Below, piece by piece: positions 41,683 to 51,921 of a DNA stretch of 64,000 bases. The position numbers and the translations under genes are program-made. The DNA is from an uncultured Nitrososphaeraceae archaeon. Its GTDB lineage: Archaea > Thermoproteota > Nitrososphaeria > Nitrososphaerales > Nitrososphaeraceae. The notes beneath the pieces were generated by a model that was not told the origin of the DNA, did not search any database, and saw only the letters and a list, made by a program, of their open reading frames with translations. Each line of letters starts with the position of its first letter. Position 1 is the first letter of the stretch. Location: positions 1 through 64,000 of the forward strand of contig CAVSMN010000009.1 of the NCBI GenBank assembly GCA_963729045.1. Reading direction: 5' to 3'.

Positions 41683-42486
41683 TTACATTTGTAGTGAGAC
41701 ATCAAATATTATTTCTTTGATTCCCATATATCTAAGGATTGACTGAAAGTTTTTTTTATCTGCAGAAACAAGAATTTCGAGCTTGCCTTTGCTATTCTTA
41801 TTCTTATCCAAGTCTCCAGTATATTTGAGATAATTCTTCACATCTTTTGCAACTTCAGCTGAAGAATTGATGAACTTTATAGAGGGTAAAATAGCTTCAA
41901 TATAATTTTTAACAAATGGTAAATGGGTACTACCTAATGCAATAACATCAATCGTGTTATCAATATTTGAGTCAATTATTTCTCGGATTTTATCATAGGT
42001 AAATTTCTGATCAAATAAAAATGATCCACTTTCAACTAGATTAATAATCTCTGAAGAATCTACCTTATCCACAAAAATCTGTTGGGGTATTTCTTTTTTT
42101 ATCAAGTAATTGAACTCTTTGCTATCAAGTGTACCTTTTGATGCCATTATTGCTATGTGTTTTTTCCTACTCAAGTTTATTGTCTTATCAAGCGGTAGTT
42201 TTGTTGAAATGATAGTTGTCGAAAAATTGTTCTTGATTTCATCATAAATTTGAACAGATGGGGTATTTGATGCCATTACTATTAGTTTTGGCTGATATTT
42301 CTCCAAAAATTTGATGGATTTTAGTATTATTGACTTTAATTCACTCTTAGTTTTATTTCCATACGGAAAATTCTTTTTATCTGCAAAATACAAAATATTC
42401 TCAGAGGGAATAATCTTCCTCAATTCTCTCACAACAGATAGCGAACCCAATCCTGAATCAAAAACTGCAATTGGCCTATATAGCAT
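41683..42486 (-). CDS. Glutamate racemase (MurI) homologue with Ser at both catalytic Cys positions
   Basis: FDSGLGSLSV, FPYG, ASNT (canonical ACNT), GSTH (canonical GCTH). Confidence 0.88.
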   Translation of the reverse strand: MLYRPIAVFDSGLGSLSVVRELRKIIPSENILYFADKKNFPYGNKTKSELKSIILKSIKFLEKYQPKLIVMASNTPSVQIYDEIKNNFSTTIISTKLPLDKTINLSRKKHIAIMASKGTLDSKEFNYLIKKEIPQQIFVDKVDSSEIINLVESGSFLFDQKFTYDKIREIIDSNIDNTIDVIALGSTHLPFVKNYIEAILPSIKFINSSAEVAKDVKNYLKYTGDLDKNKNSKGKLEILVSADKKNFQSILRYMGIKEIIFDVSLQM

Positions 42487-42529
42487 AATTAACAGTATCT
42501 AATAAGAGGTAAAAATGTTTGAAATATAA

Positions 42530-42997
42530 TTATTTTCCAATACAACAATTACCCTCAGGGATATGATATCCATGTGGACAAATCTTGGGATGTTTTAACA
42601 GGGTACATAGTGCATCGGTAAAAATTTCTTTCATATGATGCTCAATGCCACAAACCATCTCTTCATCTACATCGATTTTTAAGGCATCTTTCATAAGTAC
42701 TTCTAACAGTCGAGTGTTTCGTATCATTTTTTTCCCGATGTTCTCACCCTCTTTTGTAAGTGTCACTATGGAACCCTTTTTATAATCAATTAAAAGAGAA
42801 TCATTTAACTTATGAAGCATTTGAACCACCGATGGTTGTGTAACATTTAAAATTTTGGCTATGGAACTAACCTTTAACTCTTGGCCACTTTCTGAAATAG
42901 ACCACATTGCCTTCAAATACATTTCAACATGCTCGGCTTCTGCGGTGCCTACATACAATTGCTCTGGGAGTCCAGAATTTTTCGAATAAACAGTCAA
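42530..42997 (-). CDS. DtxR/MntR-family metal-dependent repressor
   Basis: EMYLKAM, VTQPSVVQML, RLLE, CGIEHH, CPHG. Confidence 0.93.
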   Translation of the reverse strand: MTVYSKNSGLPEQLYVGTAEAEHVEMYLKAMWSISESGQELKVSSIAKILNVTQPSVVQMLHKLNDSLLIDYKKGSIVTLTKEGENIGKKMIRNTRLLEVLMKDALKIDVDEEMVCGIEHHMKEIFTDALCTLLKHPKICPHGYHIPEGNCCIGK

Positions 42998-43102
42998 TGT
43001 ATATGATTACACGTTATATTTTTTAACTTTATTGATTCAAAAGTAATTGAAGTAAAAAAGTTAAAGGTAAATTCATTCATTTTTGATAGAACGTCATCAG
43101 AC

Positions 43103-43465
43103 TTATTGCGAGATAGAACAAGGTAAGTTTCGTTCGTTTTTCTTAAATTGTAAAAGGACTTGTTTTTTGTTCAATATCAATTCTACTGACTGGATTTTAC
43201 TTTTGTAAAAGACAACTTTTTTTCCTTTTTCATTTATCACAATTCTATCTATGAATAAAAGTCCAAGATCCTTAAGTTTTTTTATTTTTTTGTATGTCGA
43301 GCTAATAGGTAGGTCATTTTCCTTGCAAATTTCAAAAACGGTTTTGGAATCTTCGATGGTAGACATTACAATCTTGTAAGAAAATCCATCAAATAATTCC
43401 TTCAATAAAATTGAAGCATTCTTATCTTCTTGATTCAGTAAATATCGCTGATCAGACAACATCAT
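43103..43465 (-). CDS. Winged-helix (ArsR-like) transcriptional regulator
   Basis: EICKENDLPISSTYKKIKKL..GKKVVFYKS. Confidence 0.88.
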   Translation of the reverse strand: MMLSDQRYLLNQEDKNASILLKELFDGFSYKIVMSTIEDSKTVFEICKENDLPISSTYKKIKKLKDLGLLFIDRIVINEKGKKVVFYKSKIQSVELILNKKQVLLQFKKNERNLPCSISQ

Positions 43466-43504
43466 TTAGGCTACCCTAATTGTTAGGATAACCTAATATT
43501 TAAA
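43466..43504 (-). promoter_or_regulatory. Tandem TTAGG-N4-CCTAA palindromes (43466-43479, 43483-43496) between TATA box (43499-43504) and start codon; putative DtxR operator
   Basis: TTAGGCTACCCTAA ttg TTAGGATAACCTAA ta TTTAAA. Confidence 0.75.
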
Positions 43505-43792
43505 CGGTGTTATATTATTCAAGTTTAATCTACAAAATTTTAATATAATTTTTTCAAATTGTACATACTATATGCACCTATTTCAAAAAAATGGTTAATA
43601 ATTATTGGGATATTTGGATACTTTGAATAAGCAGTATTATACTAAAATATATTTTAACCCATGGTCATATCTAAACCAGTTTAGTTTTTGTTATTATATA
43701 AAAAATGAAGTTGTTTCCAAGTTCTAGCATTATAGAAAATCTAATTCCAAATAGATAAATTAATACGAACAAAAGCGTATAGTAGGTTCTTG

Positions 43793-45457
43793 CTATTTTA
43801 CTACAATCTCACCAACCATCGATGGGTGGTAAACACAGTAATAATCAAAAGTACCCTTATTATCAAATTTAAAGCTGAACGCTTGTTTTGAAAGTATAGC
43901 GTCCGAATCAAACAATTGACCTTCAGTAGGATCGCTGTCTGATCCGGAAGTAGCAGTATGCGATATGGTATCTGCATTATACCATGTAATTGTTTCACCT
44001 GAGTTTATAGTAATTGGATTTGGTGCGTATGAGTTGTCACCGCTGATGCCATTAATTGTTACCAGGACAGAACCTTCAGGTACAACACTAGATTGTGATG
44101 ATGGAGATTGAGCTTTTGGAATGGTACTTTGTGAGGTGGGCAATATTTTGTACAAATCCCCTGTATAGCTTAGGACATACATATACCCGTCAGGTCCTAC
44201 CTGGATATCGGTAATTCCACCGAAACCTTGTCCAAACGTAATTGGGATACTTTCAACAGGATTATCCACTTTTTTATCAGTTAATGCAGCTGCACCCCCT
44301 ACATTCGTGTTATTTATGACAATATCATCGCGTGCCTCATTTAAAGTAAATCTATATAAATTACCATTATTAATGTCACCTACAAACATATCATTTTCAT
44401 ATTCTTTACCCAACTTATCTGAATTCAAAAATTTTAGTGCAGTCGGACCTATAGGAATATGCCAAGCAAATTTGGGTTCTGCATATTTTCCGTTTCCAAA
44501 ACTCACAAGATCATTTGGTGTTGCCCCGTTACCCAACAGATCATCGTTAGAGAATCCTTGAATTAAGGACCAACCACTATTAAAGCCAGGAAAAACCAGG
44601 TTAATTTCATCGCCCGCTGTAGGACCATTCTCTGTATCCCATAAATTACCAGTCATAGGATCAAAATCGATACCGAAGCTATTTCTAATACCCATTGCAT
44701 AGTATACACCTAAAGGCAAGTCAGCACCAAAGATTGGTTCATCATCAACTAATCCACCATCTTGAGAAATTCTGAGAACGCCGCCTAAGCCATTAGGTGC
44801 TGGACCATTTCCTATATTTTGTGCTTGAGTCCTATGACCTCCTACTTCCCCCATTATCATATAGACATTATTGTCCGGTCCAATTGTTACTTTACCTCCA
44901 TTATGATCAGTTCGATTAAGATTATTTGGAATTGCAGTCAAATCCAAAAGGAGGACAGGATCTATTAATTTACCGTCCACATATTGATAACGATAAAGTC
45001 TATTTCCTAATGGGTCGATATTATTGGAAACATCACTACCATCCTCATTATTTCCAGATTCAGTGTAGGACAAGAAAACAAAAATTTTTCCATCCAAGTG
45101 ATTTGAAGCAGCAATCCCCAATAATCCGCGTTCGATTTTTGAGGCCACAGATAGATCAAGTAAGGGATTATCTTGTACCTGACCATCCAATACTCTCATA
45201 ACCCTCCCAGTATTTTTTTCAGTAACCAATATATCATTATTTCCCACAAAAGTCATGCTAGTTGGAAATGTCAAATCGGAAGTAACTTTTTCAACTGTTA
45301 GGCTATCATCATTGATTGTAGGTCCATCTGGGGAGGGCTGAGCTTTAGAGTAAGCTCCATAAGAAAAATAAACGGAAGAATAATTTGAAGATAATAGTAT
45401 TAAAATGATTGCGAAAGAATAAAACAACAGTTTAATGTTATACACAAGTCTTATCAA
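43793..45457 (-). CDS. Secreted PQQ-dependent glucose/sorbosone dehydrogenase fused to a C-terminal cupredoxin
   Basis: ERGLLG, HNGG, GIRNSFG, ENGP..DEIN; HTATS..YYCVYHPSM type-1 Cu ligands. Confidence 0.92.
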   Translation of the reverse strand: MIRLVYNIKLLFYSFAIILILLSSNYSSVYFSYGAYSKAQPSPDGPTINDDSLTVEKVTSDLTFPTSMTFVGNNDILVTEKNTGRVMRVLDGQVQDNPLLDLSVASKIERGLLGIAASNHLDGKIFVFLSYTESGNNEDGSDVSNNIDPLGNRLYRYQYVDGKLIDPVLLLDLTAIPNNLNRTDHNGGKVTIGPDNNVYMIMGEVGGHRTQAQNIGNGPAPNGLGGVLRISQDGGLVDDEPIFGADLPLGVYYAMGIRNSFGIDFDPMTGNLWDTENGPTAGDEINLVFPGFNSGWSLIQGFSNDDLLGNGATPNDLVSFGNGKYAEPKFAWHIPIGPTALKFLNSDKLGKEYENDMFVGDINNGNLYRFTLNEARDDIVINNTNVGGAAALTDKKVDNPVESIPITFGQGFGGITDIQVGPDGYMYVLSYTGDLYKILPTSQSTIPKAQSPSSQSSVVPEGSVLVTINGISGDNSYAPNPITINSGETITWYNADTISHTATSGSDSDPTEGQLFDSDAILSKQAFSFKFDNKGTFDYYCVYHPSMVGEIVVK

Positions 45458-45644
45458 CAGAAAAAATAAAACACGAATTAATTAAAAGGTTACGTAGTAT
45501 TGTTTTTAAAGATATTCACCAAAATAAGAAATTTAATGTACCCAAGTAGGGTCTTCATCTAATTATTCAGAAAAAAATCCAGGTTTATTTTAGAAATTAT
45601 GAATAATGCTAAATAGGACCATTGAAAACCTCTTGTGAGAACTA

Positions 45645-46283
45645 TTGCAGATAATCGATCTAACCTTGGAAATTGATGAATCTATTCAAGTTTTTCCAGA
45701 CTCACCAAAAGTAAACATTTTACAGTGGTCAAATTTCGACAATCACAAATATGCTTCAGAAGTATTGTTTTCTAGTACACATGTAGGTACACATGTAGAT
45801 GCTCCGTATCACTTTCAAAAGTACGGCAATACGGTAGAAAAAATTCCACTAAACAGGTTGATAATTAACGAAAATATCAAGGTATTAAAAATTGAAAAAG
45901 AAGATGACGAAAAGATCGAAGTAGATGATCTAAGGGAATACAACATTATGAAAAATGATACCATATTGATCAACACGAATTGGGTATTGAACAGAACTTT
46001 GGATAGATATTTCAATAAAAACCCTGGACTATCAGAAGCAGCGGCAAAATATCTGGCAGAAGCCGAGATTAATTTGGTAGGAATTGATGGTCCCAGTATT
46101 GATCCCGCTATCGATCATGACTTTAATTCGCATAGAATTTTTAGTGCTAATGACATTCCAATAATAGAAAATCTGATAAACCTAGATAGACTACTGAATA
46201 AAAAATTTACTTTTGTGGCATTACCATTAAAATTAAAGAACTGTTCTGGCTCACCCGTAAGAGCACTTGCCATAATGGCTTGA
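45645..46283 (+). CDS. Cyclase-family (kynurenine formamidase-like) metal hydrolase
   Basis: HVGTHVDAPYH, GIDGPSID, IENL, GSPVRA. Confidence 0.92.
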   Translation: MQIIDLTLEIDESIQVFPDSPKVNILQWSNFDNHKYASEVLFSSTHVGTHVDAPYHFQKYGNTVEKIPLNRLIINENIKVLKIEKEDDEKIEVDDLREYNIMKNDTILINTNWVLNRTLDRYFNKNPGLSEAAAKYLAEAEINLVGIDGPSIDPAIDHDFNSHRIFSANDIPIIENLINLDRLLNKKFTFVALPLKLKNCSGSPVRALAIMA

Positions 46284-46677
46284 AAGAATCACAAAAGTAT
46301 TTGACAGCAAAGAAAGATTTTGAAATCAGTCGAATTAATTCCATAAAATCGTTATCGATCATGATAGGATGTTGAATAATATCACAAAGCTCAAGGATGT
46401 AAAATGAATGAGAGAATGAGAGAATGAGAGAAACCTTAGTTCTATGTGACTAGTATGTATTTAAAGTCGACACATAAAATTCCTCTAGCGCTAATAGTTA
46501 AATCACAAACCCTGATCCATTGAACCCAGGTCAACAACACAATTTTATTTTAAAAGAACATTCTGGGTCACCTTGTTTTTGCAATGGTATGATACAAATT
46601 TGCTTTTCAATGGTCAAGTATCAAAATCATGACAACTGAAATAGGAAATAGGAAATAGGAATTCATTTGTATAGATC

Positions 46678-47784
46678 TTAACAAATGTTTTTTCTATTCT
46701 TGGATTTTGTATTACTGATTAGGCCAACTAGTCTATAACCATATTCAAAATTATGTTTAACATGATTAATTCCATGGGTCAAATGTGTTTCGAATTTACC
46801 ATCCAAAATGTTTTCTATATAAAACTGGACCTTTTTGATTGAAATCTGTGAATGTCGAATTTGTTTATCAGATAAGGAACGACCAAGTTCGGATTCGATT
46901 TCTGTTTTAAAATCTTTTAATTCAATGAGCTTACCATATCGAAGAATTTTATTATAATTATTACAAATGTCATGTAACTTTTGTAGTTCTTTCTCAGGCA
47001 ATACAGATAAAGATTTTTTGACTTGATCAGGATCTCTTTGAACAATTTGTGCCAATCTTAATACCATTTCATCTGTCATGTAATCAGTGTTTACTAATTC
47101 AGAAGCATAGGATGGAGCATTGTCTCGTTTAACATCGGTGTAGGTTTTTTTCATAGTCGAAGGCATCCTAACAGTATCTATATTATCAATCGGTTCTTTT
47201 GAATTTTTAATAGATTTTCCTGGCAAAAATTGTAGTTCTTTTGACGGATAAGAATAAGCATGCTCTAGCAAAGATGACTTTTTGGACTCATAGTAAGTCT
47301 TTAACTGAAAAAGAGATACCTTTTTGCCATCTAAATCTGACTTGAAAAATATTATACAAAGGACATCCACAAGTAAGTTAGGAAACTGAATTTTCATATT
47401 TTTGTCAAAAGTATCATAGGTATGAAGGAAGTCATTACAAATTTCAAAGACAACATTGTCGAAAGTAGACAAAGTAAATGGAATAGAATTGACCTGTTTT
47501 TTTATCAAATGATCTATCAAAAACTTGTATGACATAATAAAAAAATCGTATACATCGCTCTTTTGTAATACAAAGGTATTTTTTTGTATGATAAAAGTTA
47601 TCGTCTTCAACAAAATCATATATGGATTTACAACCTTAATATCTGGAAATAAAGTGTGAAAATCCTTCATTATAGTAGTCATATAGTCATCATCACTTTC
47701 TAAATTATCAAGCCAATTAATCCCAAGTTCTTTATAACTTTTCTTAAACAGAACATTGAAATCAATATTTGAGTCACTATCCAT
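46678..47784 (-). CDS. Hypothetical protein with His-rich C-terminal motif
   Basis: 368-aa ORF ending HLTHGINHVKHN. Confidence 0.7.
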   Translation of the reverse strand: MDSDSNIDFNVLFKKSYKELGINWLDNLESDDDYMTTIMKDFHTLFPDIKVVNPYMILLKTITFIIQKNTFVLQKSDVYDFFIMSYKFLIDHLIKKQVNSIPFTLSTFDNVVFEICNDFLHTYDTFDKNMKIQFPNLLVDVLCIIFFKSDLDGKKVSLFQLKTYYESKKSSLLEHAYSYPSKELQFLPGKSIKNSKEPIDNIDTVRMPSTMKKTYTDVKRDNAPSYASELVNTDYMTDEMVLRLAQIVQRDPDQVKKSLSVLPEKELQKLHDICNNYNKILRYGKLIELKDFKTEIESELGRSLSDKQIRHSQISIKKVQFYIENILDGKFETHLTHGINHVKHNFEYGYRLVGLISNTKSKNRKNIC

Positions 47785-47879
47785 TTTTAGACATGATATA
47801 TGGTATTTTTTTGTTATTAAACATTAGAAAATAATTTAGGTGAAGAAAATTATATTAAAATGTTATCTAAATAGATACT

Positions 47880-48560
47880 CTAGTTATTTTTTTTGGGGTC
47901 ATCGTCAGAATTTCCGTCAGAATTTCCGTCAGAATTATCGATAGCCCAGGGAAACCATTTACCAATTATTTTGGCCCAATCAAATTTAAATGTAAAATAT
48001 AATACCAAAGCTAATAGTAATATAGTTAATACAGAAATCAAAATAGTCGAATATTCATTATTATAATCCGTTACAACAAGGAATCTTTCCATTATTGGTC
48101 TGCCCAATAATACGGTTCCCCATACAATTATTGCCCCTAGAATAAACTTGCCTGCGAATGTAAATATCGCAAATTTAGGTAGGCTGTATTTGGCAATCCC
48201 GAGGGGGATATATACCAGATCGTCTGGTATAGGAGTTAAAGCGGCCACAAAAACTCCTATGCCACCATATTTGCCTAATAGTTTTTGAAGAGGAAGCATC
48301 CTGGTTTTTGTCTTTTTACTTAGAATGTTCCTACCATAATAGCTTGCGGTAAAGATTATTGTTTTGGCCAGAACTGCCCCAATAGTACTCACTAAAACAA
48401 TTAGGTTGGGGTCCAGACTTTTATCTAAGGCTGAAGTGACTAAGATGGGAAAATAAGGGACTGGAATGAATGGAATAATACTACCTATAAAGCTGATTAA
48501 AAATATACCAATGTAACCTGAACTGCTATAAACAGAATAAAGGTCCGGTATATCAATCAA
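47880..48560 (-). CDS. DedA/VTT-family membrane protein
   Basis: PFIPVPY, ALTPIPDD, FAGK. Confidence 0.88.
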   Translation of the reverse strand: MIDIPDLYSVYSSSGYIGIFLISFIGSIIPFIPVPYFPILVTSALDKSLDPNLIVLVSTIGAVLAKTIIFTASYYGRNILSKKTKTRMLPLQKLLGKYGGIGVFVAALTPIPDDLVYIPLGIAKYSLPKFAIFTFAGKFILGAIIVWGTVLLGRPIMERFLVVTDYNNEYSTILISVLTILLLALVLYFTFKFDWAKIIGKWFPWAIDNSDGNSDGNSDDDPKKNN

Positions 48561-48645
48561 ACAAGAGAATATTAAATTACCAAATATAACTACTTTATCA
48601 ATTTTATTAATTTTTTATAATAAATATAGTAAATATTAGAAGTCT

Positions 48646-51072
48646 TTATCCCCCCTTTTGTTCCTTCTTATCTTTTTCGGCCACGGACTTTCTCATCGAG
48701 GCTATCTTTTGTTGTCGTCTAGGTTGAATAAATAGAATATAGAGAGACCCACCCAGATATATTGCAAGTAAGATGAGTTGAGCCACCACGGTTTCTACTG
48801 TTGGGTGGATCCCAGTCATCGTTGCAACATTAATATCTAATCGAGGTACTATGTTATATATAGGAGTAGTAGAAATCCATCCAAGTTCCTGAAATTCACG
48901 TACTGCATTACCTAAGAAGGTTATTGACATAAAAGCTCCAACTGCCATGGTAAGTCCAAACAAAACTCTTAATGGTAATTTCCTTCCCAGTTTTCGAATT
49001 ATGAAGACAACTGCAATTATTACAGCCATGCCCAATACTAACCCTGCAAGTACGTATATCTCCATATATTTTGCAAAAGAAAATAGAGCTTGATAAAACA
49101 AGACTGTTTCAAAGCCTTCCCTATACACAGTAAAGAAAGACAACAAAACAAATACCATAAAACTACCTGTAGTCGTTGCTTGCCAGACTTTAGCCTTAAC
49201 AAATTCAATCCATTTCTTAGTTTCAATCTTGTTTAGAACCCAGAAGCTGACCCAGAATAGCACAGCTACTGCAGCGATGCCAGCAATAGCCTCAATAAGT
49301 GCTCTTTGTGCACCAGATATTTCTATTATAAATTGAGCAATAACCCATGTTACAGCAGTCAGTGCTATAGCAAGCACAATTCCAGCGTATACATGCTTTT
49401 TGAACTTTTCATTTCGCGATGCTTCCAAGTATGTCAAAATGGCACCTAGTATCAAGGCAGCCTCCAAACCTTCTCTAAAAATAATTGAAAATGATGAAGA
49501 AAATGCAATAGCAGGTGCAACTACCCCGATACCTGAAACAAACCGTTCGGATTCATCTAATCCACTTTTAAGTTCTGCAATCTTGGAAACGACCTCATCA
49601 GATGGAGCATTTGACGAAATGAGGTTGCGTAATTCAGCAAATTTTATCTCCATTTCGAGAGTAAAATCTGGATCAATTGGTCTTAAGGGTATTTCAATAT
49701 TTTCATAACTGTCAAGATATGCAGATCTAGCGGTTGCTAATGCTTGAGAAGTATCATTTTGATTGTAGATAGATATTACCTCATCCAATTTAAGTCTGAT
49801 TTTATCTATATCGTTACGAACCTGACCCTTGAAATCTTCCGAGGCTTCGCCCATAGAACGCCTCTCTCCCGTGTAAACTCCAAACCCTTGTTTTAGAGAA
49901 TCAATATTGGCAGTATTCGTAACAAAAGAAGATGGTATTGTAAAATTATTGTTTGACTGTGCAGCACTGGGGGTACTTAGCAACTGTTTGGAAACTTGCA
50001 GATCATCTTTTATGTTAGAAATATAAGCTTCAATGTCAGCAAGTGAGGTTTGATTTTTGATTAAAGCACGCAGATTTTCTCTCATATTTGTTTCTATTTG
50101 CAACATTAAGGTGGAATTTACTTCTTCGATTGGGGCTTCAAGGTATTCAAAATTATCTAAATACGCAGAGGATACATTTTTGTCTGCAGCAAGATAATTA
50201 CCATTTTGAATGGAGGAAATTGCATTATTTAGCAGAATATCTATGTTATCATAATATACCTGGAGGGATGGATCAACGGTGCTAGTTGTGCTTGGCATAC
50301 GAATATTATTAGATTCATTCAGATCATTCTCTATTGCAGAAACTATTCTTGAAAATTCTTGCGTATTATCACTTTTGGAATCTATTATTGTATTCAAATT
50401 TGTGATAAAATATTCTATCTCATTAGATTTTGCATCAGTCATATTTGGTTTTAATATTTCAAAAATTGTATTTGATTGATTCATCAATCCTCTTGTATTC
50501 TCATAATCTATCATGCCAAAGTTTGCAGCATCAGCGTCGGCAATTTTTGAAGAGTTCAAATATAACCCATATGAATTAGAAGCGTCTCTTAGTAGATATG
50601 ACATGGTTTGAGATTCAAGAATTGAAAAATCTTGTGCAGAAAGCGTATCTTTCAATTTTGAATAAAAAGCGTTGATTATGTTTTTGGAGTCAGTTAAGTC
50701 AGTAAGAATAATAGGAGAATTGGGATCAGCACGAGATTGTATTCCGACTTCAGTAAGGTTAGATTCCAAATTACTAGCCAATTCTTCATCAACTGCAATC
50801 GCAATAGGTTTAGTCGATGGATAAATTACTGAGTGAGGAATATAAGCGTGCTCGAATAACAGAGAATTGTTATTATTATTTATTTTATTTAATAGGATAT
50901 CAAGTTGCGTATCTATTCTATTTAGATTAATATTCAAAAGCAATAGATCCTCATTTGATATTGTAGGATTTTCAGTAGAAGTAGAATTTTGAGCTAGAAC
51001 ATTATTTACAGATGAAATTGATATATTTGCGATCAACAATAGTAGGATAAAAGTTGCAAGTAGTTTTACCAC
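48646..51072 (-). CDS. FTR1-family iron permease with large extracellular helical N-terminal region
   Basis: Signal peptide, REGLE and REGFE motifs, repeated AYLDxxExxExP. Confidence 0.92.
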   Translation of the reverse strand: MVKLLATFILLLLIANISISSVNNVLAQNSTSTENPTISNEDLLLLNINLNRIDTQLDILLNKINNNNNSLLFEHAYIPHSVIYPSTKPIAIAVDEELASNLESNLTEVGIQSRADPNSPIILTDLTDSKNIINAFYSKLKDTLSAQDFSILESQTMSYLLRDASNSYGLYLNSSKIADADAANFGMIDYENTRGLMNQSNTIFEILKPNMTDAKSNEIEYFITNLNTIIDSKSDNTQEFSRIVSAIENDLNESNNIRMPSTTSTVDPSLQVYYDNIDILLNNAISSIQNGNYLAADKNVSSAYLDNFEYLEAPIEEVNSTLMLQIETNMRENLRALIKNQTSLADIEAYISNIKDDLQVSKQLLSTPSAAQSNNNFTIPSSFVTNTANIDSLKQGFGVYTGERRSMGEASEDFKGQVRNDIDKIRLKLDEVISIYNQNDTSQALATARSAYLDSYENIEIPLRPIDPDFTLEMEIKFAELRNLISSNAPSDEVVSKIAELKSGLDESERFVSGIGVVAPAIAFSSSFSIIFREGLEAALILGAILTYLEASRNEKFKKHVYAGIVLAIALTAVTWVIAQFIIEISGAQRALIEAIAGIAAVAVLFWVSFWVLNKIETKKWIEFVKAKVWQATTTGSFMVFVLLSFFTVYREGFETVLFYQALFSFAKYMEIYVLAGLVLGMAVIIAVVFIIRKLGRKLPLRVLFGLTMAVGAFMSITFLGNAVREFQELGWISTTPIYNIVPRLDINVATMTGIHPTVETVVAQLILLAIYLGGSLYILFIQPRRQQKIASMRKSVAEKDKKEQKGG

Positions 51073-51130
51073 ATTCTTTTACCTCGAATACAAGCACTAA
51101 AAATTAGACATGGCGTTAATACTAATGACA

Positions 51131-51167
51131 TTAGGCCTCCCTAATTTTGTTAGATATGCAATTTAAA
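51131..51167 (-). promoter_or_regulatory. TTAGG-N4-CCTAA palindrome (51131-51144) plus degenerate second site next to a TATA box; putative DtxR operator of FTR1
   Basis: TTAGGCCTCCCTAA ttttg TTAGATATGCAA TTTAAA, same layout as 43466-43504. Confidence 0.72.
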
Positions 51168-51324
51168 CATTCTTTGATAAATTTGCTATGTTTGACATAA
51201 CATGATTAAAAGTATTACAATAATATGGCAAAATTATCTAATTAATTATATAAAAATATTATCATGAATTAAATATAATAGTACATAGTTGTCGAAAAAT
51301 AAAAAAAATAAAAAAATTGTTAAA

Positions 51325-51786
51325 TCAAAGGGTTAATGCGACGTCCGAAGATAACGTATTTGATAGTGTTTCAGTCTTATTCAAATCAGTTAGAGTGACA
51401 TTTGTTTTTACATTTGTTAGAGAAGGGTCAGCAAATGAAGTAGCAAATTGGATAATCCCACCATCAGTTATTGTAAAGCCGTTTGGATAGGAAGAAGTCT
51501 TTATTAGAGTTCCATTAGCTGCAAACACCTCCATTTTTCCGTTAATGGTGGAATCCACTAGCGAAAGATCCTTGGTTTGATAGTCAACCAAAAGTTTTAC
51601 TTGATTAAGGGATGGATTTGAAGTTAAAGGTCCGAAAGTAGCATTATTTAGACCTATAGTAATTTTTTCTAATGATTGTGCGTTTATGCCATTAAATGAA
51701 TAGGCACCAAAAAGTAACAAAGTAGCAGCAAATAGAGTTGCAGAAAGCAGCACAATACTTTTGTGATTTGCTAATGAATTAGACAT
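51325..51786 (-). CDS. Secreted hypothetical protein (likely start ATG 51786)
   Basis: Signal peptide after MSNSLANHK; NGTLIKTSSYPNGF. Confidence 0.75.
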   Translation of the reverse strand: MSNSLANHKSIVLLSATLFAATLLLFGAYSFNGINAQSLEKITIGLNNATFGPLTSNPSLNQVKLLVDYQTKDLSLVDSTINGKMEVFAANGTLIKTSSYPNGFTITDGGIIQFATSFADPSLTNVKTNVTLTDLNKTETLSNTLSSDVALTL

Positions 51787-51921
51787 CAGTTTAAAATTTA
51801 ATATAATACTATAAAAACAATATGTTAAGATATAATTATACATTTTAGTAAAATAATTTATAAGAAATTTATTAAAAAAACAAAATTGGATTTTATGAAG
51901 ATAAAAAATCAAAAAGTGAGA

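Noticed and set aside
46405..46660. Short repeats (GAATGAGA)x3 and (GAAATAG)x3
   Set aside because: Simple microsatellites with no associated structure
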